DNA of 64,000 nucleotides from Hyphomicrobium sp. (GCA_022843145.1 JALHOF010000020.1:1514-65513); one strand, 5' to 3'. Positions 37,411 through 48,431 are shown, counted from the stretch's first letter. Program-made: numbers and translations. Notes: generated by a model not told the origin, from the letters alone.

Positions 37411-38840
37411 CTCAAGGCACCAACATCGTCAATCATGGCTTCGCGTGGTTTGCCGCGCGCCTGGTCCCGTTCGCCGATGCGGCGACAACCGAGCTGCCGC
37501 TGTCGCGGCTGTTGCGGTTGTCGCTGTTCCAGGTGTCGATCGGACTGACGATGGTGCTGCTCACCGGCACGCTCAACCGCGTCATGATCGTCGAACTCAG
37601 CGTGCCGGCCGGTATCGTCGCCGTCATGATGGCGCTGCCGCTTGTGCTGGCGCCGCTCCGCGCGTTGATCGGCTATCGCTCGGATACGTATCGCTCGTTC
37701 CTCGGCTTGCGCCGCCTGCCGTATCTCGTGATGGGCACGATGCTGCAGTACGGTGGACTTGCGATCATGCCGTTCGCGCTGCTCATCCTGGCCGGCGACA
37801 GCACGTGGCCGATCTGGATGGGTAAGATCGCGGCTGGCCTCGCCTTCCTCGTCGCAGGCGCCGGTGTCCATGTCTGCCAGACCGCGGGTCTCGCGCTCGC
37901 AGCCGACATCGCGCCCGAGCACTCTCGTCCGCGCGTCGTCGCGCTTCTCTATGTCATGCAGCTGGTTGGCATGGTCGCTGCCGCGCTCTTGCTCAGTGCG
38001 CTGTTGACCGACGTCACGCCACTCCGCCTCATTCAGGTCGTGCAAGGCGCGGCTGTCACCGTCATGGTGCTGAACACGATCGCATTGTGGAAGCAGGAAG
38101 CGCGGCAGCCGCAATTGACCCGCCCGGACCTGCCGCGCCCGACGTTCCGCGCCGAATGGAACGCACTTTCGAGCGAGCACAAGCCTGGCCGCCTTTTGCT
38201 TGTCGTTGCGCTCGGCACGGCCGCGTTCAGCATGCAGGACATTCTGCTCGAACCCTATGGCGGTGAAGTCCTCGGCCTGTCCGTCGGAGCCACGACGATC
38301 CTGACCGCGCTGCTGGCGGCCGGAAGTCTCGCCGGCTTCGCTCTGGCCGCGATGAAGCTCGCGAACGGCTCCGACCCGTATCGCCTCGCCGCCATCGGCA
38401 CGATGGTCGGCATCATCGCATTCTCCGGCGTGATCCTTTCCGGCGCGATGGGCTCGGCGCTTCTCTTCCGCGCGTCGACGGTGCTCATCGGCTTCGGCGG
38501 CGGGTTGTTCGCGGTCGGCACGCTCACCGCCTCGATGGCACTCGCAACCAAGATGCAGTGCGGCCTCGCACTCGGCGCGTGGGGAGCGGTGCAAGCGACC
38601 GCCACAGGCGTCGCCATGGGCACCGGCGGCGTGCTTCGCGATCTCGCGGCCGGCCTGGCGCACTCGGGACAGCTCGGCCCCGCCCTCAACGATGCAACGG
38701 CCGGATACGCCGTCGTCTACTACCTCGAAATCATCCTCTTGTTTGCGGCGCTCGCTGCGATCGGACCGCTGTTCAAGCGCGCGCTGGTCGGAGACGAACC
38801 GGAGCGCACGCAATTCGGACTGAGTGAAATGCCGGGCTGA
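37407..38840 (+). CDS. lhaA: LH1 assembly protein LhaA (PucC/BCD MFS family)
   Basis: LSLFQVSIGLTMVLLTGTLNRVMIVEL. Position between bchM and puhA. ATGA overlap with the bchM stop. Confidence 0.88.
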   Translation: MTQGTNIVNHGFAWFAARLVPFADAATTELPLSRLLRLSLFQVSIGLTMVLLTGTLNRVMIVELSVPAGIVAVMMALPLVLAPLRALIGYRSDTYRSFLGLRRLPYLVMGTMLQYGGLAIMPFALLILAGDSTWPIWMGKIAAGLAFLVAGAGVHVCQTAGLALAADIAPEHSRPRVVALLYVMQLVGMVAAALLLSALLTDVTPLRLIQVVQGAAVTVMVLNTIALWKQEARQPQLTRPDLPRPTFRAEWNALSSEHKPGRLLLVVALGTAAFSMQDILLEPYGGEVLGLSVGATTILTALLAAGSLAGFALAAMKLANGSDPYRLAAIGTMVGIIAFSGVILSGAMGSALLFRASTVLIGFGGGLFAVGTLTASMALATKMQCGLALGAWGAVQATATGVAMGTGGVLRDLAAGLAHSGQLGPALNDATAGYAVVYYLEIILLFAALAAIGPLFKRALVGDEPERTQFGLSEMPG

Positions 38841-38895
38841 CAAACCGGAAGCGCGACCAAAAGCCAACACGAAAAACGACGCGAAGGAGATTCAC

Positions 38896-39669
38896 ATGGA
38901 AGTCGGCGCCCTTACAGAACATCTCGATGTGGCCCAGTTGGCCCTCTATATCTTCTGGCTCTTCTTTGCCGCCCTGCTCTTCTATTTGCAACGCGAAACC
39001 CGGCGTGAGGGATACCCGCTTATTCGAGAGCATGACGGCAAGGAGCGCGTGGCCGGCATTTTCATGCCGTCGCCCAAGTTCTTCAAGACGATGACCGGCC
39101 GCACGGTCATGGCGCCTGACCCGGCCACGGCCGACAAGCGTCCGCTGAAGGCCCGCCAGATGGTCGGCGGAGCTGGTTCGCCCTTCGTGCCCACCGGCAA
39201 CCCGCTGGCCGACTGCATCGGACCGTCGTCCTACGCCGAACGCCCGGACATTCCCGACATAACGTTCGAGAACAAGGCGCGCATCGTCCCGATGCGGATC
39301 GCGACCGACTTCACCATCGCCGACCGCGACCCCGATCCGCGCGGCATGCCGGTCTTCGGCGCCGATAACAAGAAGGCCGGCAAGATCGTCGAGGCCTGGG
39401 TCGACCGCTCGGAGTTCATCATCCGCTATCTCGAACTCGAGACCGAAGGCGCAACGCCGCGTCGCGTCATGATCCCGATGAACTTCGCCGGCATCGACAA
39501 GGCAAACGGCAAGGTGCTCATCGGCGCACTGCTCGCGAGCCAGTTTGCAGGCGTGCCCGCGCTGAAGTCGCAGGATCAGATCACGTTCCTCGAGGAAGAG
39601 AAGGTCATGGGCTACTTCGGTGGCGGCCTCTTGTACGCAACCCCCGATCGTCAGGAGCCGCTGCTGTGA
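38896..39669 (+). CDS. puhA: photosynthetic reaction centre H subunit
   Basis: LDVAQLALYIFWLFFAALLFYLQRETRREGYPL single TM plus a PRC-barrel C-terminal part. AAGGAGA Shine-Dalgarno before the ATG at 38896. Confidence 0.93.
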   Translation: MEVGALTEHLDVAQLALYIFWLFFAALLFYLQRETRREGYPLIREHDGKERVAGIFMPSPKFFKTMTGRTVMAPDPATADKRPLKARQMVGGAGSPFVPTGNPLADCIGPSSYAERPDIPDITFENKARIVPMRIATDFTIADRDPDPRGMPVFGADNKKAGKIVEAWVDRSEFIIRYLELETEGATPRRVMIPMNFAGIDKANGKVLIGALLASQFAGVPALKSQDQITFLEEEKVMGYFGGGLLYATPDRQEPLL

Positions 39670-40394
39670 CCGACGATCATGATTTCGATTTCGAGCCGCT
39701 GCCGGGCCTCCCGGCGCCGCTCCCCGAAGGCGAGCGCATGGTATGGCGTGGCTCGCCCGATCCCTGGCGTTTGGCAGTGAGGGCCTGCCGACTGCCACTC
39801 GTCGGCGCGTACTTCATCGCGCTGGCGGGTTGGCAGCTTTATAGCGCGATTGGCGCGGGCGCTTCGCTCGCCGAGATCAGCAGCACGTTGAGCTTTACGG
39901 CAACGCTCGCTGCGCTGTCGCTCGCTCTCCTCGCCGCGCTCGGCTGGGTGATTGGCAAGAATGCGATCTACACCGTCACCACCCGTCGCGTCATCTTCCG
40001 GCACGGCGTGGCGATGCCGATGGCGATCAACGTTCCGTTCTCCAAGATCGACGGCGCCGAGCATCGCGCATATGCGTCCGGCACCGACGACATCTCGCTC
40101 GTACTGACGGCGGGTGCGCGCGTCCCCTATCTGCTTCTGTGGCCGCACGCCCGCCCGGGCCGCTACTGGCCGAGCCAGCCGATGCTGCGCGCGGTACCCG
40201 ACGGCGCGCGTGTGGCACGTTTGATCTCGGATGCACTCGCCGCCGCGAACGCCGAGGAAATCGCGAAAGCGTCGTCGTCATCAAACGCAACCGAAGCAAT
40301 CACGAGCACGCCATCCGCACCCATCCGCAACCAGCCGTCGGTCAGACCTCAGCACGAGGGCATGATCCCGGCCAACACGGTGCCCGCGTCATGA
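39666..40394 (+). CDS. puhB: photosynthetic complex assembly protein PuhB
   Basis: EPLPGLPAPLPEGERMVWRGSP N-terminus, two TM helices and a bacterial PH-like domain. GTGA overlap with the puhA stop. Confidence 0.85.
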   Translation: MTDDHDFDFEPLPGLPAPLPEGERMVWRGSPDPWRLAVRACRLPLVGAYFIALAGWQLYSAIGAGASLAEISSTLSFTATLAALSLALLAALGWVIGKNAIYTVTTRRVIFRHGVAMPMAINVPFSKIDGAEHRAYASGTDDISLVLTAGARVPYLLLWPHARPGRYWPSQPMLRAVPDGARVARLISDALAAANAEEIAKASSSSNATEAITSTPSAPIRNQPSVRPQHEGMIPANTVPAS

Positions 40395-40900
40395 GCATGA
40401 TCCGTCCACTCGTCCGCGACCAGTACGAGGTCATGGCCTGGCGCATCACCGGCGGCCTGCTGCTCGGCATTCTTGCCGTGTGGCTCGCTGGGCTGGCGCT
40501 GCACTCCAACAGCGGCGAACCAGCGCCATCGCGGACGTCCGCCGCTGCTGAACTGATCCGCGACGACGCCACGCGCCCGGTTGCGGTCCGCACGATCCGC
40601 TTCGCCGACAAGGGCCGCGATCTCGTCGCGCTCGACACGGCCGACGGACGCGAAATCAAGTCGCTGGGGTTCGAGCGTGACGGCTTCGTGGTCAGCATCG
40701 TTCGCAGCCTCGATCGCGAACGCAAGCGACTCGGCCTCTCGGCCGGCGAGCCCTACCGCCTGACCCGTTGGAACAACGGACAGTTGCTGTTCGAGGACCC
40801 GGTGACCGGCGGCCAGATCGAGCTCAGCGCCTTCGGAACGACCAACGTCGGGGCGTTCGCGCAGTTGCTGAAGGCCAATCCGGAGGCCACACGGCGCTGA
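40391..40900 (+). CDS. puhC: photosynthetic complex assembly protein PuhC
   Basis: Single N-terminal TM, 169 aa, position after puhB. ATGA overlap with the puhB stop (40391-40394). Confidence 0.8.
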   Translation: MSMIRPLVRDQYEVMAWRITGGLLLGILAVWLAGLALHSNSGEPAPSRTSAAAELIRDDATRPVAVRTIRFADKGRDLVALDTADGREIKSLGFERDGFVVSIVRSLDRERKRLGLSAGEPYRLTRWNNGQLLFEDPVTGGQIELSAFGTTNVGAFAQLLKANPEATRR

Positions 40901-40928
40901 AGCGCTTAATCGGACTGAGGCCCGAACA

Positions 40929-40964
40929 GGGAATGAGACTGGGGAATGAGACTGGGGAAGACTG
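40929..40964. repeat. 13-bp tandem repeat GGGAATGAGACTG x2 plus a third copy lacking TGA
   Basis: Read directly from the puhC / bciE-like intergenic spacer. Confidence 0.9.
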
Positions 40965-41004
40965 AACGAGTGGAATGAACGCGTAGAAGGGGAAGGAGTG
41001 TCAA

Positions 41005-41292
41005 ATGGCCAGACGATCGTTCGAGGTGCCTTGCACCGTCAGGGTGATCAATACCGACGCGAGCCTCGAGGCTCATGTCGAACTTGCAGACGACGTAATA
41101 GTCGGACCCGGCGACGAGGTCCGCGTCAACGGTGATGAGATCGTGGTTCCGTTCGGCCAGAGCGTCGTGCTCGAGCGCACGGCAACCGTGACCCGCGCGG
41201 GCGCTGTCGAGCGCATGTGGACGCGGCTCACCGGCGATCTCGAATTCATGGAACTCTGCGAGTTCAGCTTCTCGTCTGGGAGGAAGCTATGA
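41005..41292 (+). CDS. small conserved PGC protein immediately upstream of acsF, candidate BciE-type cyclase accessory subunit
   Basis: 95 aa. GGAAGGAG Shine-Dalgarno. Its stop overlaps the acsF start as ATGA. The assignment is by position only (the Rhodobacter rsp_6110/BciE context). Confidence 0.5.
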   Translation: MARRSFEVPCTVRVINTDASLEAHVELADDVIVGPGDEVRVNGDEIVVPFGQSVVLERTATVTRAGAVERMWTRLTGDLEFMELCEFSFSSGRKL

Positions 41293-42356
41293 CCATTGAA
41301 ACACTGTCTCTAACGTCGAAAGACACGACCAACATCGCCTCCGAGGACACGCTTCTCGCACCACGCTTCTACACCACCGACTTCGCCGAGCTCGACCGCC
41401 TCGACGTGTCCTCGGTTCGCGCCGAATGGGACGAGTTGATCGCCGAGATGCGGTCGGACCCCAACAAGAACCACTTCAAGCGCACCGACGCTTGGGACAA
41501 AATTGACCTGATGGCGATGCCCGAAGGACTGCGCAAGGAGTTCATCGACTTCCTGGTATCGTCGCTCACCGCCGAGTTCTCGGGCTGCGTGCTTTACGCC
41601 GAGATGAAGAAGCGCGGCAAGAACCCCGATGTCTGCGAGCTGTTCAAGCTGATGGCCCGCGACGAGGCCCGCCACGCCGGCTTCATCAACGACACGCTTA
41701 AGGATTTCGGTCTTGGCATCGATCTCGGCTATCTGACGCGCACCAAGAAGTACACGTTCTTCAAGCCGAAGTTCATTTACTACGCGACCTACCTGTCCGA
41801 GAAGATCGGTTACGCGCGCTACATCACCATCTACCGCCACCTGCAGCAGAACCCCGATCGCCGCATCCATCCGATCTTCAAGTGGTTCGAGAAATGGTGC
41901 AATGACGAGTTCCGCCACGGCGAGGCGTTCGCATTGCTGATGCGCGCCAATCCCCAAGTCATCTCGGGCGGGAATCGGCTTTGGGTCCGCTTCTTCCTGC
42001 TCGCGGTGTTCGCCACAATGTACGTCCGCGATCATGCCCGTCCGCACTTCCACGCCGCCCTCGGTCTCGATCCCACCGAGTACGACATGAAGGTGTTCCG
42101 GGTGACGACCGAGATCACGCGCCAGGTTTTTCCGCTCACGCTCGACATCGAGAACCCGAAGTTCCTCGAAGGTCTCGAGAAGCTGCGGCGCATCAACGAC
42201 GGCATTACTTCGGCCAACGCAAAGGGCGGCGTCGTGGGAGCGATCCGCAAGGCCGGACTCGCGACTGCAGCCGCAGCGACGTTCGTCAGACTTTACCTGA
42301 TGGCGCCGAAGGAAAATGCATTACCCGACAAGAGCCGTCTCGCTCCGGCTTGGTGA
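41289..42356 (+). CDS. acsF: aerobic Mg-protoporphyrin IX monomethyl ester oxidative cyclase
   Basis: Di-iron motifs [10 protein letters not shown]...[10 protein letters not shown] and [10 protein letters not shown]. 355 aa. Confidence 0.95.
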   Translation: MTIETLSLTSKDTTNIASEDTLLAPRFYTTDFAELDRLDVSSVRAEWDELIAEMRSDPNKNHFKRTDAWDKIDLMAMPEGLRKEFIDFLVSSLTAEFSGCVLYAEMKKRGKNPDVCELFKLMARDEARHAGFINDTLKDFGLGIDLGYLTRTKKYTFFKPKFIYYATYLSEKIGYARYITIYRHLQQNPDRRIHPIFKWFEKWCNDEFRHGEAFALLMRANPQVISGGNRLWVRFFLLAVFATMYVRDHARPHFHAALGLDPTEYDMKVFRVTTEITRQVFPLTLDIENPKFLEGLEKLRRINDGITSANAKGGVVGAIRKAGLATAAAATFVRLYLMAPKENALPDKSRLAPAW

Positions 42357-42368
42357 AAGGTGCCTTAG

Positions 42369-43211
42369 ATGCTCGAGTTCGCGCTCGCTGCCGCCGCCGC
42401 CATTGCCCTCTGGTGGGCTTCGACCGGGGTGATCATCTATCTCGATGGTCTCCCGGTCTCGACCTTCCGTTGGAGCATGCTCGGCGGCAGCTTGCTCGCA
42501 CTCGTCGCCATTTGGGGCCTCGCTGACAGCAGCACGCAGGCAACGCCGGCCGGCGCCTACATCGCCTTCACCTGCGGCCTCATAGCCTGGGGCTGGCAAA
42601 CGATGTCGTTCTATATGGGCTACATCACCGGCCCGCGTAAGACGCCTTGCCCGCCTGGCCTCACCGGCCTGCAACACTTTCTCGCCGCGGCCTCGACCAA
42701 CGTCTCGCACGAGGCTGCGATCGTCGCGGGGGCGCTCGTCATCGGCACCCTCACGGCCGATGCCCCAAACCAGTTCGGTTTATGGACCTACCTCGTCCTT
42801 TGGTGGATGCACCTCTCCGGCAAACTCAACGTCTACTTCGGCGTGCCGAACCTGTCGGAGGAGTTCATTCCTGAGCATCTCGGCTATCTCAGAAGCTACA
42901 TGTCGAAGCGGCCCATGAACCTTCTGTTCCCGGTCTCCGTGACGATCTCGACCGTGGTCACGGCTTGGCTCGCGATGGTCGCCGCTTCGCATCCGGCCGG
43001 ATCTTTCGAGGCCATCGGATACACGCTGCTCGCGACCATGATGGCGCTCGCCGTTCTCGAACATTGGCTCCTCGTGCTGCCGCTCCCGGCGATGGCGCTG
43101 TGGAACTGGAGCCTTACGTCACGCACGCAATGGCCGGATACGGTGCCGGCCAAACTTCCATCCGCGCCAGGCGGACCGCACGCGCGGTCTGTTTGCCCGC
43201 GATCCGCCTGA
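42369..43211 (+). CDS. puhE: photosynthetic complex assembly protein PuhE
   Basis: Polytopic 280-aa protein, N-terminus [17 protein letters not shown], position after acsF. Confidence 0.85.
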   Translation: MLEFALAAAAAIALWWASTGVIIYLDGLPVSTFRWSMLGGSLLALVAIWGLADSSTQATPAGAYIAFTCGLIAWGWQTMSFYMGYITGPRKTPCPPGLTGLQHFLAAASTNVSHEAAIVAGALVIGTLTADAPNQFGLWTYLVLWWMHLSGKLNVYFGVPNLSEEFIPEHLGYLRSYMSKRPMNLLFPVSVTISTVVTAWLAMVAASHPAGSFEAIGYTLLATMMALAVLEHWLLVLPLPAMALWNWSLTSRTQWPDTVPAKLPSAPGGPHARSVCPRSA

Positions 43212-43260
43212 ACGTCACGCAACACGTGCGGGCGATCCCGCAGTAGCCTGGAGCAAGTCG

Positions 43261-44493
43261 ATGAACTACGAAACCGAGTTCCGCACGCATCTCGCAGCCT
43301 TGCACCAGGAAGGCCGCTACCGTGTGTTCGCCGACATCAAACGCGAGCGCGGCAATTATCCGAAGGCGCGCTGCCTCAAGTCGGGCACCGAACGCGACGT
43401 TACCGTTTGGTGCTCCAATGACTACCTCGGCATGAGCCAGCACCCGAGCGTCATCGCGGCCATGCACGAAGCGATCGACACGGTCGGCGCGGGCTCCGGC
43501 GGAACGCGCAACATTTCCGGCACGACGCACTACCATGTCGAGCTCGAGGCCGAGATCGCGGATCTGCATGGCAAGGAATCGGCGCTGCTGTTCACGTCGG
43601 CTTATGTCGCCAACGACGCGACGCTGTCGACGCTCGTCAAGCTTCTTCCGGGATGCGTGATCATCTCGGACGAAAAGAACCACGCCTCGATGATCGAAGG
43701 CATCCGCCACGGCGGCGGACGCAAGGTGATCTTCAAGCACAACGACGTCGTCGACCTCGAGAAGCGGCTGCGCGAGCTGCCGGCCGACGTTCCGAAGATC
43801 ATCGCATTCGAGAGCGTGTATTCGATGGACGGCCATATCTCGCCCATGACCGAGATCTGCGACCTCGCTGACAAATACGGCGCGATGACCTATCTCGATG
43901 AAGTGCACGCGGTCGGAATGTACGGCCTGCGTGGCGGCGGCATCGCGGAGCGTGACGGTGTCATGCACCGCATCGACATCATCAATGGCACACTTGCCAA
44001 GGGCTTCGGTGTCATGGGCGGCTACATCGCGGCCAGTCGCGCGTGCTGCGACGCCATCCGATCGTTCGCGCCAGGATTTATCTTCACGACATCTCTGGCG
44101 CCCGCTATTGCAGCCGGCGCATTGGCCAGCATTCGCCATCTCAAGGCAACGCCATTCGAGCGCGCGCGCCACCAGGAACGTGCCCGCGTCGTGAAGCGTC
44201 GCCTGAAGGACGCCGGACTGCCCGTGATGGACAACGTCAGCCATATCGTGCCGGTGTTCGTCGGCAACCCCGTTCACTGCAAGGCCGTGACGGACGCGCT
44301 GATGGACCGCTACGGGCTCTATGCCCAGCCGATCAACTACCCGACGGTTCCACGCGGCACCGAACGCATTCGTCTGACCCCGACGCCGCTGCACACCAAC
44401 GCACACATCGACGTTCTCGTCGGCGCACTCACCGACTTGTGGCAGGCCTGCCCGCTCGGCCAGGAGCAGTCGGTACGTCTCGCAGCCGAGTAA
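43261..44493 (+). CDS. hemA: 5-aminolevulinate synthase
   Basis: [31 protein letters not shown] and [10 protein letters not shown](H) PLP-enzyme motifs. 410 aa. Confidence 0.95.
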   Translation: MNYETEFRTHLAALHQEGRYRVFADIKRERGNYPKARCLKSGTERDVTVWCSNDYLGMSQHPSVIAAMHEAIDTVGAGSGGTRNISGTTHYHVELEAEIADLHGKESALLFTSAYVANDATLSTLVKLLPGCVIISDEKNHASMIEGIRHGGGRKVIFKHNDVVDLEKRLRELPADVPKIIAFESVYSMDGHISPMTEICDLADKYGAMTYLDEVHAVGMYGLRGGGIAERDGVMHRIDIINGTLAKGFGVMGGYIAASRACCDAIRSFAPGFIFTTSLAPAIAAGALASIRHLKATPFERARHQERARVVKRRLKDAGLPVMDNVSHIVPVFVGNPVHCKAVTDALMDRYGLYAQPINYPTVPRGTERIRLTPTPLHTNAHIDVLVGALTDLWQACPLGQEQSVRLAAE

Positions 44494-44851
44494 CACAATT
44501 GGTGCTTCGACACCGGTGCGCTCAGGCGCACTGGGGAGGGCATGTCGCCGATGAAGCGTTGCACGCAAGTTCGAGCGTCAGGAAACTGGCGCTCGTTTGC
44601 GTTCGAATGGAGCGATGAGGGCCCACGCCGGAATTCTGAGAGATGGACCGAGGTATCGCGACTGCGATTCCGTCTGAGCCGATGATGCTCTTGGTGAAAC
44701 TCCGCGAGCGAGAACCGGTGAAGCCTCTCCAGCCGTGAGAGCGGCCCGCCATGCAGTCCTCTCACAAGGTCACGTTGATGTCACGGCCGCGCAGACCCAA
44801 CATCACGTCGAGACCGGCGTTGCGCGATTTATTCCGAATGGCGTCGAGTCG

Positions 44852-45274
44852 TCAGCCCGATGAGACGAGCTTGACGGTCGCGGGCGCCACCACGACGGCA
44901 GCAGTCTCGACCGGCTGCGGCGCGGAAATCGTCACCCGGTTGCCGGCAGCGTCCGAGTTGGAGGCCGGGGCCCGAAGTGCCGCAACACCATAGGCGCCCA
45001 GCAAGCCGATCAACGACAGCAGCATGAAAGCGACGACCCCACTCTGCGGCAGGGTTTGGAACTGCGCGAGCGATTGAATGAGAAATCCGACACCGGCGAC
45101 AATGCCGCCGAACGTTCCAAGACCGCCTATTCCGGCCCCGGCTGGAGCGCGCGACGATAGCGCCAAATTCGCGCTGGACGCCGTCGTGGCGATCGCGGTC
45201 GCCAACAGTAGAACGCCAATTCCCGAGTACACCAGTCCAACGACAGTAAGCCAATTCGGGTTCGCGATTGACAT
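44852..45274 (-). CDS. hypothetical membrane protein (140 aa, about 3 TM, Gly-rich loop)
   Basis: Trimmed to the ATG at 45272-45274. Lies ~300 nt downstream of pufC on the same strand. No family recognised. Confidence 0.35.
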   Translation of the reverse strand: MSIANPNWLTVVGLVYSGIGVLLLATAIATTASSANLALSSRAPAGAGIGGLGTFGGIVAGVGFLIQSLAQFQTLPQSGVVAFMLLSLIGLLGAYGVAALRAPASNSDAAGNRVTISAPQPVETAAVVVAPATVKLVSSG

Positions 45275-45514
45275 TGCTTTACTCCCAGCGCCGGTCAGTC
45301 GAGATCTGGATATTGCAGCCATTACCCTCTCGACCGCAAGGCCCTGCCGGGCATCCCTTGGGTGGGGGTGTCTGCACGACATCAATCAAACCATCCTGCG
45401 CATTGCGGCCGCAGCGGAAATGCCGTCACATCACGTGGCGCCGATGACCAGGACACGATCGTTAGAAAATCCCAGCACACAGCCAGATCCCGGCATGGCG
45501 CCTCAATGATGGGG

Positions 45515-45580
45515 GTCCGTTGACCAGTCGGGGGGAAGCGCCGACTGGCCAACGGACAGTGAGCCGAGTGTGGGGCTCAC
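45515..45580 (-). terminator. two consecutive stem-loops at the 3' end of pufC (puf operon 3' structure)
   Basis: GTGAGCC/GGCTCAC (45559-45565 / 45574-45580, overlapping the pufC stop) and a 17-bp arm pair GTCCGTTGACCAGTCGG / CCGACTGGCCAACGGAC (45515-45531 / 45541-45557, one mismatch). There is no clear U-tract. Confidence 0.5.
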
Positions 45581-46602
45581 TTTAGCGCGGTCTTGTTGAG
45601 CTCCAGATAGCTCTTCAGCATCTGGGCGCCGTTGAGCGGCTTGGCAAGACCTTGATGGCAAGTGCTGCAGAACGCCTTGGGCGCATCGCCATGCGGCCCG
45701 AGACGAGTGGCGGGATATGCGGACTGCAACGGCGTCAGGAAGGCGCTATTGACGTCACGCACCATGCGGATGCCATGCCAGGCCGACGTGCGCTGCGGAG
45801 TGGAACTCGTCCAATTCCCGAACGACCGGCTGTTGTGACAGAACGTGCAATTCACGCCCAGGCCTTCCGACATGTGGATCATGAGCGCATAGGTCTTCTC
45901 GGTATCCTGGATCGACACGTTGTGCGTTCCTGGAAGCGCCTTGGTCGCCTGCACACGGATTTCATTCTTGCCGCCTCCGAGCAGATCGGAGAAGGGGTCC
46001 GCCGTCATTGCCGTCGATCCAACGCTCTTGTTGGCGTTGTTCTGACTGCCGCCTCTGTATCCGGCCATGATCGACTTCGACGCCTTGTCCTTCGACTGGA
46101 ACCAGATGTTCTCCGGTACCGGCTTGCCGGCATGGCAGGTGTAGCAGGTCACGCCGGTCTCTCCGACGTGGCTCTTCCACGTTTCGTTGATGTGCCGCGT
46201 CATCTGGAACATTCGCCGCGCGACGACCTTGGTGTAGACGTTGTCGTCGGCCATGTTCTCGACGTTATGGCAGTAGGCGCAGCCCTGCTCGGGCGACACC
46301 CACTCGGTGATCGCGGCCATCGTGCGGTTGAACTCGTTCTCGGTGAGGTCGCCGAGAACCTTCACGTTTTTGTAGATCGTTGACGCTTTCGGCCCGCCTG
46401 GATCGGCGGCGGGGATCACGTCCGGGATCTTGACTGCGGCGATAGTCTTCGCCGCAGTCCTTGGATTGATCACCTGCTCCATGCCCACGCCGCGATAGCC
46501 GATCTGCTTGCTCTGCGTCGGCGGACGTTCGCATGCTCCGAGAAAGAGCGTGGCGACGATTCCGGCCGCCAGCGCAAATGGTAGACGGTTTGCCCTGGTC
46601 AT
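45577..46602 (-). CDS. pufC: reaction-centre tetrahaem cytochrome c subunit, predicted lipoprotein
   Basis: Four CxxCH motifs (CAYCH, CYTCH, CTFCH, CSTCH). N-terminus [24 protein letters not shown] contains a lipobox. ATGA overlap with the pufM stop. Confidence 0.93.
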   Translation of the reverse strand: MTRANRLPFALAAGIVATLFLGACERPPTQSKQIGYRGVGMEQVINPRTAAKTIAAVKIPDVIPAADPGGPKASTIYKNVKVLGDLTENEFNRTMAAITEWVSPEQGCAYCHNVENMADDNVYTKVVARRMFQMTRHINETWKSHVGETGVTCYTCHAGKPVPENIWFQSKDKASKSIMAGYRGGSQNNANKSVGSTAMTADPFSDLLGGGKNEIRVQATKALPGTHNVSIQDTEKTYALMIHMSEGLGVNCTFCHNSRSFGNWTSSTPQRTSAWHGIRMVRDVNSAFLTPLQSAYPATRLGPHGDAPKAFCSTCHQGLAKPLNGAQMLKSYLELNKTALK

Positions 46603-47585
46603 TTGACTGCTCCGGGAAGCGTGGTTGGATCGATGATCGGCGACGTGTAGACCTCGGGATAGGCAGCAACGATCCCGTGCTTCACACCCCAAAGATACCA
46701 GTTGTCGACGACGGTGCCGGTCAGCAGAATTCCGATGCCGCCTGTCAAGGTGCACAGAACCGCGAACCACCACGCCCAGCGATGGATCGACTCCATCGAC
46801 GCGTTGAAGCCCATGGTCCAGCGCCAGAACAATGCAGCCCGTTCGGATGCCGTACCGCGATCGACGATCTGCTCGATTTCACGCTCGCCGCCATAACGGC
46901 CGACCGCGAGGATCGTGGCGCCGTGCATGGCGAACAGCAGAGCCGAGCCATACAGGAAGACGATCGAGAGCATGTGGAACGGATTGTAGAACAGGTTTCC
47001 GTACCGGATCGAAAACGCCGCGGTCCAGTCGAGATGCGGGAAAATCCCGAACGGAACTGCCTCGCTCCAGCTGCCCATGGCGATTGGCCGGATGAACCCG
47101 AGCACGAGATAGAGCCAGATCGCCGAAGCGAATGCCCAAGCCACGTGTGTGCCCATGCCGAGCCGGCGCGCGTTGGTGTAGACGCGAACCCAGAACAGGA
47201 GGATCGACATCGTCAGGAAGAAGCCGGCCAGCAGCCACCAGCCGCCCTCTCCCATCGGCGGAATCGAGAGTCCGTATTTGGCTGGCGGCGGTTCGAGTGC
47301 CAGCCAGAACAGCTGGCGGACGAACTGCATCGGGTTCCAATTCACCGACGCCCACATGTTGAGGCCGATGATCAGGATTGCGAACAATCCCGACAGTAGC
47401 GAAGCGACGCCCAATCCGCCGAGATAGAACGGACCGACCTGGGCGTCGCCGACACGCCCGAGCCAATAACTGAAGAACGGCTTGCCCTCACGCGGCCAGG
47501 CCGGATCGGGATGGTACGGCGGCACGCCCATTTCGGGGTGCGCGCGAACCTGGATGCGAGTGAAGATGTTTTGATACTCAGCCAT
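46599..47585 (-). CDS. pufM: reaction-centre M subunit
   Basis: [14 protein letters not shown].. and the typical five-TM L/M family sequence. 328 aa. Confidence 0.96.
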   Translation of the reverse strand: MAEYQNIFTRIQVRAHPEMGVPPYHPDPAWPREGKPFFSYWLGRVGDAQVGPFYLGGLGVASLLSGLFAILIIGLNMWASVNWNPMQFVRQLFWLALEPPPAKYGLSIPPMGEGGWWLLAGFFLTMSILLFWVRVYTNARRLGMGTHVAWAFASAIWLYLVLGFIRPIAMGSWSEAVPFGIFPHLDWTAAFSIRYGNLFYNPFHMLSIVFLYGSALLFAMHGATILAVGRYGGEREIEQIVDRGTASERAALFWRWTMGFNASMESIHRWAWWFAVLCTLTGGIGILLTGTVVDNWYLWGVKHGIVAAYPEVYTSPIIDPTTLPGAVK

Positions 47586-47603
47586 GTTCCAGCCCTCCCC
47601 TTC

Positions 47604-48431
47604 TCACAACGCCCAGATCGGAAGATCGAGCCACCAGTTCCACCACTCCGGCCAGCCGCGGGTCCAGAACGGTCCCGAGATGACGATGCAGACCGCACTC
47701 CAGAACACGGCGTTGAGCGCGAGGAACAAGCCAAGCCGGTGGATGCCGAGCGTGCCGATCGAGTAGCCGATCGTGTCGCGGAAGAACGTGTTCTCGTGGT
47801 CCGGCGTCTTGACCGTCTCGCCGGGCGCGGGGTTCGTCGCCGACAGCACCAGAGCGCCATGCAGCGCCAGCGCGAGCGCCGTCGTGAAGAAGAACGTGAT
47901 GGCGAGCATGTGCGCTGGATTGTAGTGGAAGTGGATGTACTGGTAGCCGACGTTCGACACCCAATCGAGGTGCGATATGATCCCGTATGGGAAACCGTGC
48001 CCCCATGCGCCGAGCAGGAACGGACGGATCACGACAAGCGTTACGTAGGCGAAGATCGCGAAGCCGAATGCGATGGGCACATGATAGCCCATGCCGAGCT
48101 TGCGGCAGATTTCAACCTCACGAAGTGCCCAGGAAACGAATGCGCCAATCGCGCACAGCGTCACGATTTGCCAGATGCCGCCTTCGCGCATCGGCGCGAG
48201 TGCGAGCCCGTATTTCAGGTCAGGCGGTGCAATGGAGATGGTCCAGGGATTCCATGTCGGACCGATCGCAGCGCCCCACATGATGAGCGCCGTTCCGAGC
48301 ACGGCGAAAAGGACCGATGTGACACCAAAGAAACCGACATAGAAGGGGCCGACCCAGAAATCGAACAGATCGCCGCCGATCAGCGTGCCGCCCCTTACAC
48401 GGTATTTCTTCTCGAAGTTCAGCAAGGCCAT
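47604..48431 (-). CDS. pufL: reaction-centre L subunit
   Basis: [37 protein letters not shown]. 275 aa. Confidence 0.96.
   Translation of the reverse strand: MALLNFEKKYRVRGGTLIGGDLFDFWVGPFYVGFFGVTSVLFAVLGTALIMWGAAIGPTWNPWTISIAPPDLKYGLALAPMREGGIWQIVTLCAIGAFVSWALREVEICRKLGMGYHVPIAFGFAIFAYVTLVVIRPFLLGAWGHGFPYGIISHLDWVSNVGYQYIHFHYNPAHMLAITFFFTTALALALHGALVLSATNPAPGETVKTPDHENTFFRDTIGYSIGTLGIHRLGLFLALNAVFWSAVCIVISGPFWTRGWPEWWNWWLDLPIWAL

Noticed and set aside
44513-44534. 9-bp stem-loop (CCGGTGCGC TCAG GCGCACTGG) 20 nt after the hemA stop, as a terminator
   Set aside because: It contains a G-U pair and is followed by GGAGGG rather than a U-tract. It is plausible as an RNA structure but not supportable as an intrinsic terminator.
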